The position numbers and the translations under genes were made by a program. This document shows, one piece after another, positions 9,174-18,136 of a DNA stretch of 32,000 nucleotides. Source of the DNA: Corynebacterium amycolatum. GTDB lineage: Bacteria; Actinomycetota; Actinomycetes; Mycobacteriales; Mycobacteriaceae. The stretch lies in assembly GCF_049243625.1 (NCBI RefSeq), contig NZ_CP046975.1; one strand, given 5' to 3'. A model generated the notes under the pieces. It was given only the letters and a program-made list of their open reading frames with translations, was not told where the DNA came from and did no database searches. Position 1 is the first letter of the stretch; each line of letters opens with the position of its first letter.

Positions 9174-10194
9174 CGCCCTGCCACTGGTTAATCCCGCGGT
9201 CGACGGCCCACTTGTCGATCTCCGCGAGTTCTTCATCGCTAAACGGCGCAGCGTCCAGGGCTCCGAGGCTGTTTTTCAGCTGCTCCACCGACGATGCCCC
9301 AATTAGGGCGGAGGTCACTTCGTCACGGCGAAGAACCCACGAGATGGCCATCTGTGCCAGGGACTGGCCTCGTCGTAAAGCAATGGCGTTGAGCTCACGG
9401 ATGGCGGTGAGCGTGTCGTCGTTGAGGAACCCCGAGTTCATCTTGTGCGCGCCGAGACGCGAGGCCTCCGGCACGCCATCTAGATAGCGGTCGGTGAGAA
9501 GCCCCTGCGCAAGCGCGGAAAAGGCGATGACGCCCATGCCTTCGTCGGCGCAGGTTGCCAGCAGTTCGTCCTCGATCCAGCGGTTGAACATGGAGTAGCT
9601 CGGCTGGTGAATAGTCAGCGGAGTGCCCAGCTCACGGGCGATTTTCTGTGCGCGGCGAGTGAGCTCGGGGGAGTAGGAGCTCACGCCGACGTAGAGCGCG
9701 CGTCCCGAGCGGACGAGGAAGTCGAGGGCGGCGACGGTTTCCTCGATAGGCGTATCCGGGTCGGGCCGGTGGTGGTAGAAAATGTCCACATAATCCAGGC
9801 CCATGCGCTTCAGCGAGGCATCGCAGCTGGCCACGAGGTATTTCCGCGAGCCGCCGAAGCCGTAGGGGCCATCCTGCATGTACCAACCGGCCTTGGAGGA
9901 AATGATCATTTCATCGCGGTAGGGAGCGAAATCCTTGGCCATGATGCGACCGAAATTCGCCTCCGCAGAGCCCTGTGGTGGGCCGTAATTGTTGGCGAGA
10001 TCGAAGTGCGTGACGCCGTGGTCGAACGCGGTGCGCAGGATTTCACGCTGCGTCTCGAGCGGCCGGTCATCACCAAAGTTATGCCAAAGTCCCAGCGTAA
10101 TGGCTGGAAGCTTTAGCCCCGTGTCGCCGGAGCGGTTGTACGGCATCGTTTCATAGCGGTTGTCATTGGCGTGGTACACGTCTGGATAAGCCAT
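9157..10194 (-). CDS. aldo/keto reductase, L-glyceraldehyde 3-phosphate reductase (YghZ-like)
   Basis: 345 aa. YNRSGDTGLKLPAITLGLWHNFGDD...AFDHGVTHFDLANNYGPPQGSAEANFGRI closely follows the E. coli YghZ-type AKR pattern. Confidence 0.9.
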   Translation of the reverse strand: MAYPDVYHANDNRYETMPYNRSGDTGLKLPAITLGLWHNFGDDRPLETQREILRTAFDHGVTHFDLANNYGPPQGSAEANFGRIMAKDFAPYRDEMIISSKAGWYMQDGPYGFGGSRKYLVASCDASLKRMGLDYVDIFYHHRPDPDTPIEETVAALDFLVRSGRALYVGVSSYSPELTRRAQKIARELGTPLTIHQPSYSMFNRWIEDELLATCADEGMGVIAFSALAQGLLTDRYLDGVPEASRLGAHKMNSGFLNDDTLTAIRELNAIALRRGQSLAQMAISWVLRRDEVTSALIGASSVEQLKNSLGALDAAPFSDEELAEIDKWAVDRGINQWQGATESV

Positions 10195-10340
10195 GTGTTC
10201 GAGGGTACGCGGGCTTTACGACGAATAGTTGCGCACGAGGTGGCCTTCAACGGGGCGCGTGGCCAAATGGTTACCCCTGGAAGTTAATAAAAATGAGCTT
10301 GCTGGGGAACAAGTGAGGCGGTTCGTCCGACTAATAGAGC

Positions 10341-11669
10341 ATGACTTCAATAGCCACAGGCGATGCCGCTGGAACGCCAGCCGCAAACCCCGTCGCACAG
10401 ACTCAGAAAAATGGTGGGCCACGAGCATTACTGCACCGAATCCATGTCGTTGCAGGCATCCTCGTTGCGCCGCTACTCGTTATTGCAGCTGTCACAGGCG
10501 TGGCGTATGCCCTCGCGCCGAGCATAGAAAAGGTGGTTTACCACGAAGAACTAACTGCAACATCAGGCCTTCCCGCACAGCCTCTGGAAAAGCAGGTTGA
10601 GGTCGCGCAGCGCGTGCATCCTAAGCTGCCGGTGACCGCAGTGCAGGTCCCGGAAAAGCCGGGACAGACAACGCGAGTCATGTTCAACGATGAGCAGTTG
10701 AAGTCGGAGTCCTACCGGCATGCGGTGTTCGTCGACCCAGGCGACCTGAGCATCAAGGGCGACCTGGTGCAATACGGTTCCTCGGCGGCGCTGCCACTGC
10801 GGGCCTGGATCTCGGAAGGGCACCGCAGGCTCTGGATTGATAGCAACTTTGGTCGCCTCTACTCTGAGACAGCAGCATCCTGGATGGGCGCACTGGCTAT
10901 TGGTGGCCTCTGGCTCTGGTGGGACCGTTCGCGCCGCAAGCGGACACGGGGAACAAGTAAGAGGGCGCATCATATGCGTCGTCACGCGAATGTTGGTGTG
11001 GCGGTCAGCGTTGGACTTTTGTTCCTGACCGTCACCGGCCTGACGTGGTCGTGGGTGGCTGGAACGGGCATCGCGAAGCTGCGCGAGACGATGGACTGGT
11101 ACGCGCCGAAACCAGCTGTGACTGCGACTGCGCCTGCGAATTATGACTGGTCAGAGGCGGATAGTGTTATGAACCTCGCACGTGCCGAGGGGCTGTCCGG
11201 GAAAGTCGAACTGACACCACCGGAAGCTGGCACGGTGTGGATGGCCAAGGAAGCCCGCGAGGAATGGCGGATGGGCATTGAGACCGTCACCGTAGACGGG
11301 TCGACCGGAGCGATGGTTGACCGGATTCACTTTGCGGACTGGCCGCTGCCGGCAAAGCTGACCGAATGGCTGATTAACGCGCACATGGGCATCCTGTTTG
11401 GGTGGGTGAATCAGCTGGTCCTGGCGCTTATCGGTGTTGCTCTGCTGGCAATGATTGTGCGCGGGTACGCCATGTGGTTTGGGCGCGGTCGCGGTGGTCG
11501 TCCTGGTAGGCTCCCGTCGCCAACGCGCTGGCGAGATATTCGCCCGGGTGTCGCAGCGGCTGTTGTGGCGCTGTTGATTGCCTACTCGGTAGTTGCACCA
11601 CTGTTCGGTGTGACGCTCGTTGGCTTCGTGATTATTGATTGGGCCTGGCGGAAGCTCCGGAGAGGTTAG
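10341..11669 (+). CDS. PepSY-associated TM helix domain membrane protein
   Basis: 442 aa. N-terminal LLHRIHVVAGILVAPLLVIAAVTGVAYAL, a periplasmic segment, then C-terminal TM helices with INAHMGILFGW, typical of the PepSY_TM family. Confidence 0.8.
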   Translation: MTSIATGDAAGTPAANPVAQTQKNGGPRALLHRIHVVAGILVAPLLVIAAVTGVAYALAPSIEKVVYHEELTATSGLPAQPLEKQVEVAQRVHPKLPVTAVQVPEKPGQTTRVMFNDEQLKSESYRHAVFVDPGDLSIKGDLVQYGSSAALPLRAWISEGHRRLWIDSNFGRLYSETAASWMGALAIGGLWLWWDRSRRKRTRGTSKRAHHMRRHANVGVAVSVGLLFLTVTGLTWSWVAGTGIAKLRETMDWYAPKPAVTATAPANYDWSEADSVMNLARAEGLSGKVELTPPEAGTVWMAKEAREEWRMGIETVTVDGSTGAMVDRIHFADWPLPAKLTEWLINAHMGILFGWVNQLVLALIGVALLAMIVRGYAMWFGRGRGGRPGRLPSPTRWRDIRPGVAAAVVALLIAYSVVAPLFGVTLVGFVIIDWAWRKLRRG

Positions 11670-11689
11670 TGTAGGTTCTGTCGCCCCTC

Positions 11690-11767
11690 GGGTTCCCTGC
11701 GTGAGCGGGGATGTTCCGGTTTTATTGTGAGGGGCGATGTTATCCCCGCGAAAGCGGGGATTTTTCG
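11690..11767 (+). CRISPR. degenerate mini-array: psi-repeat 1 (11690-11718), 20-nt pseudo-spacer (11719-11738), psi-repeat 2 (11739-11767)
   Basis: psi-R1 GGGTTCCCTGCGTGAGCGGGGATGTTCCG matches the array repeat at 26/29 positions. Its last 20 nt are identical, and the one stem change is a C-to-T that keeps a U-G pair. psi-R2 GTTATCCCCGCGAAAGCGGGGATTTTTCG matches at 24/29, with an intact CCCCGC/GCGGGG stem and loop GTGA changed to GAAA (both GNRA). Same orientation as the main array. Confidence 0.65.
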
Positions 11768-11810
11768 TGTTAGCGGCACTTGCAGACGAGTCTATTGATT
11801 AAACAGCAAT

Positions 11811-11830
11811 GTTTTATTATGTGGGGTAAA
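11811..11830 (+). promoter_or_regulatory. site in the AT-rich cas3 upstream region matching the pseudo-spacer (possible Cascade binding/operator site)
   Basis: GTTTTATTATGTGGGGTAAA versus pseudo-spacer GTTTTATTGTGAGGGGCGAT: positions 1-8 identical, 15/20 overall. Preceded on the same strand by AAT. Lies 97-116 nt upstream of the cas3 ATG and overlaps a TATTAT hexamer (11815-11820). Confidence 0.3.
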
Positions 11831-11926
11831 AAAAGGGGTAGTTTCCATATTGAATGAAACTAAGGCCTGAGCTATCTTCGAGATTAGAACAGAGGCCGGA
11901 TAAAGGTTCGGCCGGACGGAGTCGTT

Positions 11927-14737
11927 ATGTCGAACATGGACTCGAACTTGGCGGATGCATTGTCTGAAGTAGCCCGCTTGCAGTGGGCTAAATGGGATCG
12001 GCAACGCGAAGAAGCGTTGAGTCTCGCGCAACATTTAAATGATTCCCAGGATGTGGCTTTTTATCTCTGGGATGAGTGGTTGCCGGAATCACTAAGGCAA
12101 GTACTTACCGATGAATTCGGCTCGAAGGGGCAGGCGCGTGCATGGTTGGCTTTTTACGCTGGGTGTCACGATATTGGGAAAGCATCGTATGCTTTCTCCG
12201 TCAAAGTTCCCGAACTGTATGACCGAGTATGCTCGTATGGGCTAGGTGCTGCGACAACACTTTCCCCCAAAGAATTACGTGGAGCACCCCACGGCGCTGT
12301 CGGCGCATATACATTGTGGGTTTGGTTGGTGGAAAACCATGGATTCGATGAAGATGCTGCCGACACATATGTTGCACCAATTGGTGGCCATCACGGCAAG
12401 TTTCCCGATGAGAATCTGCTGCATTCTGCCGAAGATTTCGTTGAGGAGCTCGAAGATGAAAAGTGGCAACAGATTCGTTTTGAATTCTTCGACGTCATGG
12501 CCACAAGGGCAGGTTTAACGGCGACTTATTTTGAACAACGCCGAGAACAAGGACTGTCAGCGTCAACGCAAATGTTGCTGACGGGCATTGTGGTCATGGC
12601 TGACTGGCTTGCTTCGAATACTGATTTATTCCCCCTGTCGATGTCTGATGCACCGTCGACAAACAGAAGCGATGATGCAATCAACAAGTTAAATCTTCCT
12701 GATCCGTGGGATCCTCGCCCGGAAAGTAGTGCGGATGACCTATTTCGCGCTCGGTTTGACCTGCCCGCTGGTGCCACCCCATACCCAGTTCAGCTTGACG
12801 CAGTAAAGCTTGTCGAAGAAGTAGATAAACCAGGCCTGTTGCTATTGGAAGCACCGACAGGCGAAGGCAAGACGGAGGCTGCGCTTGCGGTCGCGGAAGT
12901 TTTTGCAGCCAAGTTCGGCTGTGGTGGTGTGCAAGTCGCGTTGCCTACATGCGCCACATCAGATGCCATGTTTTCTCGTGTTTTGAAGTGGCTCGATCGT
13001 GCGATTGCGGAAGACCAGTTGGCCTCTGCGATGCTCACACATAGTCGCGCGCAGTTTAATGATGAATTCCAAGGTCTTAAGTTTCCGTCACAGAGTTTTT
13101 CGGCTATTTATGACGAAGAATATGGTGCCAATTCTAAAGAGCCTGCAGTTGAGGCTCATTGATGGCTACGATCTCGAAAAACTGCAGCGCTGGCAGACTT
13201 TACTGTTGGCACAATCGATCAGTTCCTTTTCTCGGCGCTGCAGTCGAAGCACATCATGTTGCGGCATCTGGGGCTTGCCGGAAAGGTATTGATTCTCGAT
13301 GAGGTGCATGCTGCAGACATTTACATGCAGCAGTATTTGTACCGCGCATTGGAATGGTGTGGTGCATATGGAGTTCCAGTCATTGCGTTGTCGGCAACGC
13401 TTCCACCGGATACTCGTTTTCATTTGATGGAGGCCTATGCCTCGGGAATTGCACAGTTAGAAAATGCGCAAATTTCCAACAAGATTCTTGGCGAGATGGA
13501 AGTTGCCAAAGACGAACGGGCTTATCCGCTTCTGACCTTTGTCAATGCTGATGGCGTATCTATCCGTAAGCCAGAAGCTTCTTCTCGCAGACAGGTTGTG
13601 TCACTCGAATACTGTGACGACTCATCTGTAGTTTCCATGTTGACGGAAGAGCTTCGTGATGGCGGTTGCGCTGTAGTCGTGTGTAATACAGTTCAGCGTG
13701 CCCAAACGCTTTACGACGAAATTTTTGCTGACGGCAGCTTCACTGATGAGGAAGTATTTTTGCTTCATTCACGCTTCGCTGCGGCAGATCGACGGGCTAA
13801 AGAAGAAGAACTTGTTGCCAAATATGGCAAGTCTGGTGTGCGTCCACGACGGGGAGTAGTGGTGTCAACACAAATTGTCGAGCAGTCCCTTGACTTGGAT
13901 TTTGACATTATGTTCAGTGATTTTGCGCCTTCGGACTTGCTAATTCAGCGGGCGGGTCGCCTCCACCGTCATGGCCGTAAAAACCGTCCGGAGCGACTTC
14001 AAGCGCCACGACTGGTGCTCTTCGGGGTCACTGAGATTAGGGATAGCGATGCTCCAGAGTTTGTGAGCGGTAGTAAACGGATTTATGGCACTGCGTTGTT
14101 GATGCGGACGGCTTCAGCTTTGATGGGGCGGAAGCAGTTTATATCGCCAGATCATGTCGCAGGGATAGTTCGTGAAACGTATGACATAGACGCACAGTGT
14201 CCAGTCAGTTGGCGAGAAGACTGGGATGCGGCGGTGCAGGAGCAGCGAGAAAGTGGAGAGAAGCTTGCTGAAAAAGCGCAACGGTCGCTCGGTCCATCGC
14301 CAAACGAAAAAGAGATGAGCCTGTGGTTCCGGCATGGGTCGGAAGAAGAGTTTCGTGGACAGTCGCAGGTCAGAGACATCGAAGAGTCAATCGAAGTAGT
14401 TCTTGTGGAACAGCGAGGCAGCGAACTCTATTCATTGCCGTGGCTGGAAAATCGCGGTGGTGAGTCACTGAGTGATGCCAATGGAGTTGACGACGAATTA
14501 GCACGTGAAGTTGCCAAATGCACTATTTCGCTTCCTTTTTGGCAAGTCGGGGGAGTGGACGAGTTCATCGCTGAATTGGAGCGGTTTGGTAGCCCCTCTT
14601 GGCAACTCAGCTCTTGGCTAAAGGGACTTCTTCCATTCCCTTTGGATGAAAGTGGGGAATGCCATGTGAACGGAGTTAGTTTTTCATACGATATGAACTA
14701 TGGTTTGCGGTCCATTCGAGAAAAGGAGTCGCAGTGA
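11927..14737 (+). pseudogene. cas3: type I-E Cas3 (HD nuclease + SF2 helicase) interrupted by an in-frame TGA at 13160-13162
   Basis: ORFs 11927-13162 and 13256-14737 share one reading frame. The frame is open from 13163 (WLRSRKTAALADFTVGTIDQFLFSALQSKHIMLRHLG...). The first part has the HD motif (GCHDIGKAS), motif I (EAPTGEGKTEAAL) and motif Ia (ALPTCATSDAM). The second part has motif II (DEVHA) and the remaining helicase and C-terminal domains. Combined length is about 935 codons, typical of Cas3e. Confidence 0.9.
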
Positions 14738-16368
14738 GCGGAGCTGAGCCGAGTTTTAATCTGCTCGATGAGCCCTGGATTAAAGTCACGGGACACGATG
14801 GCAGTGGTCGGGAATTAGGCCTTCGAGATATCTTTGCGCAGGCTGGTGAGTTAAAACGGATCTCTGGTGAGTCGCCAGCGCAGGATTTTGCGGTTTTGCG
14901 GGTGGCTCTTGCGGTTCTTTATCGCGCATTCAACTTTGGAGAAGATGTCAAGGAAAACCGTAAACAATGGGCGGCAGCATGGGAGGACAAAAAGCTGCCG
15001 TTAGAGCAGATTAACAACTATTTGGATGAATATTCGCACCGATTCGATTTGCTCGATCGGGAAGCCCCTTTCATGCAAACTCCTTCGTTGGCTACAAAAA
15101 GTGGGGAATGGAAGAGCCTTGAGGCAATTATTCCGGACTCACCAGAGCTAGGTGACCTCTTTTACCGGCGCTCAGCAATTGAGCCACTTCCATTGGCGGA
15201 AGCAGGTCGTTGGCTGGTTCATTGCCTAGCCTTTGATTTCTCAGGAATTAAATCAGGTGCAGTCGGTGACCCTCGCGTCAAAGGCGGGAAAGGTTATCCC
15301 ATTGGCATTGGTTGGGCAGGCTGGTTAGGCGGGACCGTACTCGAAGGACATAGTCTCCTTGAAACGCTGCTGCTAAATATCGTTGATCACAATCCCGCTG
15401 CCTGGGCCGGTGCTCCTATATGGGAATTGCCGGTTCCGACAGCGGCAGTCTCGGCCGAACCGCTTCCAAAAGGCCAACTCACTCTTATGACGTGGCCACA
15501 GCGACGTATCCGTCTTCATGTGGAAAATGGCATGGTTACCGGAGCACTTGTTTGCAATGGCGATCCGGTGGACTATCTGTATCAAGATGCACTCGAAATG
15601 ATGTCTCCATGGCGTTATAGCGAGCCGCAATCGAAGAAGGCCAAAGAAGATATCTACATGCCAAAGGCCATCAATCCTGATCGCGCGCTTTGGAGAGGAC
15701 TCTCGGCTGTGCTACCTGAAGCGGACGTTGATACGACCAAGGGGCGCACTGGTAGCGAAGTAAAAGTTTCAAAGCCCGCCGGTGTCATGGAAGCGTTGAA
15801 GACTCGTACAGGTCGCCGCAGTGGCGTTGTGCCGCAGAATTACCGGTTGAGTCTTCGGATGGTTGGTTACGAATATGGTCCTCAAATGGCTTCGTACAAC
15901 CGCCTATTAACAGACAACCTGGCGTTCCCTGCCCTTTTGGCTGCCGATAAACAAACCGTCCAATTCGTGTTGTTGGCCGCAAACCGAACACAAGATACAG
16001 CAGCCGAATTGCGAAAATTTGCCAATAATTTGGCCATTGCATCTGGTGGCGAACGCGGGGCTGCAGGCTTTAGTGCAGAGGGGTCCTTCTACTCGGATGT
16101 AGACCCAGTATTCCGCCAGTGGATTAATGGACTCACACCAGAAACAGACCTAAATAGTCATCTTGCGCTGTGGAGCGATCAATTGCGGAACTTAGCACTC
16201 ACGAAGGCTGCAGAGTTGATAGCGGGTGTGCCCGACAGCGCATGGTCAGGTCGTGAGGTTGATGAGCGTCAGTACAACGTGGGGCACGCTGAGCTGTGGT
16301 TCCGACGAGGTCTCGGAAAAGTTCTGCCACGGCCGGAAGAACAAAATTCTGGAGAGAGAGTTAAGTAA
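14734..16368 (+). CDS. casA: type I-E Cascade large subunit Cse1/CasA (Cas8e)
   Basis: 544 aa. The GTG start overlaps the cas3 stop (GTGA). N-terminal FNLLDEPWI is characteristic of Cse1. Position is immediately after cas3. Confidence 0.9.
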   Translation: MSGAEPSFNLLDEPWIKVTGHDGSGRELGLRDIFAQAGELKRISGESPAQDFAVLRVALAVLYRAFNFGEDVKENRKQWAAAWEDKKLPLEQINNYLDEYSHRFDLLDREAPFMQTPSLATKSGEWKSLEAIIPDSPELGDLFYRRSAIEPLPLAEAGRWLVHCLAFDFSGIKSGAVGDPRVKGGKGYPIGIGWAGWLGGTVLEGHSLLETLLLNIVDHNPAAWAGAPIWELPVPTAAVSAEPLPKGQLTLMTWPQRRIRLHVENGMVTGALVCNGDPVDYLYQDALEMMSPWRYSEPQSKKAKEDIYMPKAINPDRALWRGLSAVLPEADVDTTKGRTGSEVKVSKPAGVMEALKTRTGRRSGVVPQNYRLSLRMVGYEYGPQMASYNRLLTDNLAFPALLAADKQTVQFVLLAANRTQDTAAELRKFANNLAIASGGERGAAGFSAEGSFYSDVDPVFRQWINGLTPETDLNSHLALWSDQLRNLALTKAAELIAGVPDSAWSGREVDERQYNVGHAELWFRRGLGKVLPRPEEQNSGERVK

Positions 16369-16370
16369 CA

Positions 16371-16994
16371 ATGGCAGATATGAATAAGTCGCAGCCGCGC
16401 AGCTCCCTGCTGTACAGGTTCGTTGCCAGCAAAGCACAAAGCTTAGCAGGCGGTCTGGCCAACGAAACCTCGGAAGCTCGTGCCTCGCTTGCAGTGCTCC
16501 GCCGCTCACTGAGCGCGCCGCTGGCAGAGCAGCCCCAGGTGTGGTCAGAGGTATTCAATTCTTTCCCGGCGGAGCTTGAAGGCCCTCGAGATGAACCCGG
16601 CGTCTATGAAACTGCAGCGCACCTTGCATTGGCATTTTTTGCACTTCATCAGCAATCGAGAAGTGAATCCATGCATAAGGCCAACGAAGGATTCGGAACG
16701 GCCATTTGTCGTCTTCATCAAGTAGCAGGTGAAAACCAGAAAAAGGGTATTGAGCGACGCTTTAACGCGGTGCTTACTGCACAGACAACCGATGAGTTGG
16801 TTCACCATTTACGCGGACTAATTCAGATGCTGAGGAGTTACAGCATTCCGATGGATTACGGCCAGTTGGCTAATGATTTGGTGGCGTTGACCTATTCAGA
16901 TTCAGCTCGCCGTGTGCGACTTCGTTGGGCCCGGGATATGAACAGAGTTCCGCAATCCGAAATCGATGACCATGACCGCGCAGTAGAAAACTAG
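16371..16994 (+). CDS. casB: type I-E Cascade small subunit Cse2/CasB (Cas11)
   Basis: 207 aa, alpha-helical, between casA and cas7e in canonical I-E order. Starts 2 nt after the casA stop. Confidence 0.85.
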   Translation: MADMNKSQPRSSLLYRFVASKAQSLAGGLANETSEARASLAVLRRSLSAPLAEQPQVWSEVFNSFPAELEGPRDEPGVYETAAHLALAFFALHQQSRSESMHKANEGFGTAICRLHQVAGENQKKGIERRFNAVLTAQTTDELVHHLRGLIQMLRSYSIPMDYGQLANDLVALTYSDSARRVRLRWARDMNRVPQSEIDDHDRAVEN

Positions 16995-17014
16995 TAACAA
17001 CAGAAAGGCACATC

Positions 17015-18136
17015 ATGACCATCTACATTGATATTCACGCGCTCCAAACTGTCCCGCCATCAAACCTCAACCGAGACGACACCGGCAGTCCAAAGACTGC
17101 CAACTACGGCGGTGTACGACGGGCCCGAGTTTCCAGCCAAGCTTGGAAGCGCGCAGCGCGTAAGGAATTCGAGAACTTACTTGACCTAGATAAGTTGGGA
17201 CAGCGTACTCGCTTCAGTCCGTCATTGATTGCCGCGGAAATCATTTCGCAGGCTCCGGAGCTGGAAGAAAGTGCTGAGCATTTAGCGCTCAGTGTTCTGC
17301 AGAAGACAAAGCTGAAGCAGGCAAAGCCCAAGAAGGGCGAGGAAGATACGCGTATCCGTACTGAGTACCTGCTTTTTGTGTCCCGCGCGCAAATCAAAGC
17401 GCTAGCTGATCTGGCAATTCGGTACCAGGATGATTCCGCAAAAATTCCTGCGAAGGAAGCGAAGGAAGCATTAAATAACGAGCATTCAGTCGACATTGCA
17501 CTCTTCGGTCGCATGCTGGCTGATGCTCCAGACCTCAATGTTGATGCAACGTGCCAGTTCAATCATGCTATTTCTGTTCATCCGACAGTTACAGAGTTTG
17601 ACTACTTCACTGCGGTTGATGACAACGCAGCAGAGGACAACGCTGGTGCTGGCATGATCGGCACGGTGGAGTTCACCTCGTCTACGCTGTACCGTTACGC
17701 AACGGTCAACGCTAGTGAACTGGCTCAGTCTTTGGGGTCAAAGGAGGCGGCATCGGAAGCTGCTGGTGCGCTACTCAAGGCATTTGCGCTTTCGATGCCA
17801 ACTGGTAAGCAGAACACGTTTGCTAACCGAACGCGACCAGATTTGATCGTGGTTCAAGTTCGTGATGATCAGCCTGTCAATCTGTCAGAAGCTTTTGAAG
17901 ACCCAGTGGAAGCCACTCGTGGCCGCACAGAAAACGCATCCATCAAGCTGGCAGAGTATGCCGCCGAGCAGGACGGTGCATACGATTCTCATCCACTCGG
18001 AGGTGCATACCTTGCCACTGGTGGCGCAGCTACTGAAGCCGCAATGGAAAAGTTGAATGTCTTTGGCGATCGCACTGACATGGCTGGTTTGGTCAATTTA
18101 GTTGAGCAGGCCGTCATGGAGAAGGCCGAGTTCTAA
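17015..18136 (+). CDS. cas7e: type I-E Cascade backbone subunit Cas7e (CasC/Cse4)
   Basis: 373 aa. N-terminal IDIHALQTVPPSNLNRDDTGSPKTANYGGVRRARVSSQAWKRA is the Cas7e signature. Confidence 0.95.
   Translation: MTIYIDIHALQTVPPSNLNRDDTGSPKTANYGGVRRARVSSQAWKRAARKEFENLLDLDKLGQRTRFSPSLIAAEIISQAPELEESAEHLALSVLQKTKLKQAKPKKGEEDTRIRTEYLLFVSRAQIKALADLAIRYQDDSAKIPAKEAKEALNNEHSVDIALFGRMLADAPDLNVDATCQFNHAISVHPTVTEFDYFTAVDDNAAEDNAGAGMIGTVEFTSSTLYRYATVNASELAQSLGSKEAASEAAGALLKAFALSMPTGKQNTFANRTRPDLIVVQVRDDQPVNLSEAFEDPVEATRGRTENASIKLAEYAAEQDGAYDSHPLGGAYLATGGAATEAAMEKLNVFGDRTDMAGLVNLVEQAVMEKAEF

Noticed and set aside
10195-10340. DtxR/IdeR iron box upstream of the PepSY-TM gene
   Set aside because: The best candidate (TTAATAAAAATGAGCTTGC, about 10285-10303) matches the TTAGGTTAGCCTAACCTAA consensus at only a few positions.
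11854-11967. 37-codon ORF (MKLRPELSSRLEQRPDKGSAGRSRYVEHGLELGGCIV) downstream of the pseudo-spacer-matching site, containing AGG, AGA, AGG and CGG codons; considered as a CreT-like toxin
   Set aside because: It has no Shine-Dalgarno at sensible spacing, overlaps the cas3 start out of frame, and shows no tandem rare-codon arrangement. It cannot be supported from sequence alone and is worth revisiting only if ribosome profiling shows translation.
13160-13162. The cas3 break as a natural Cas3''(HD)/Cas3'(helicase) split, or TGA as a recoded (selenocysteine/read-through) codon
   Set aside because: The stop falls after helicase motifs I and Ia, not at the HD-helicase boundary. No hairpin resembling a recoding element is evident immediately downstream, and the first in-frame ATG (13256) would give a helicase lacking its Walker A. 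Nonsense mutation or sequence error is the simpler reading.
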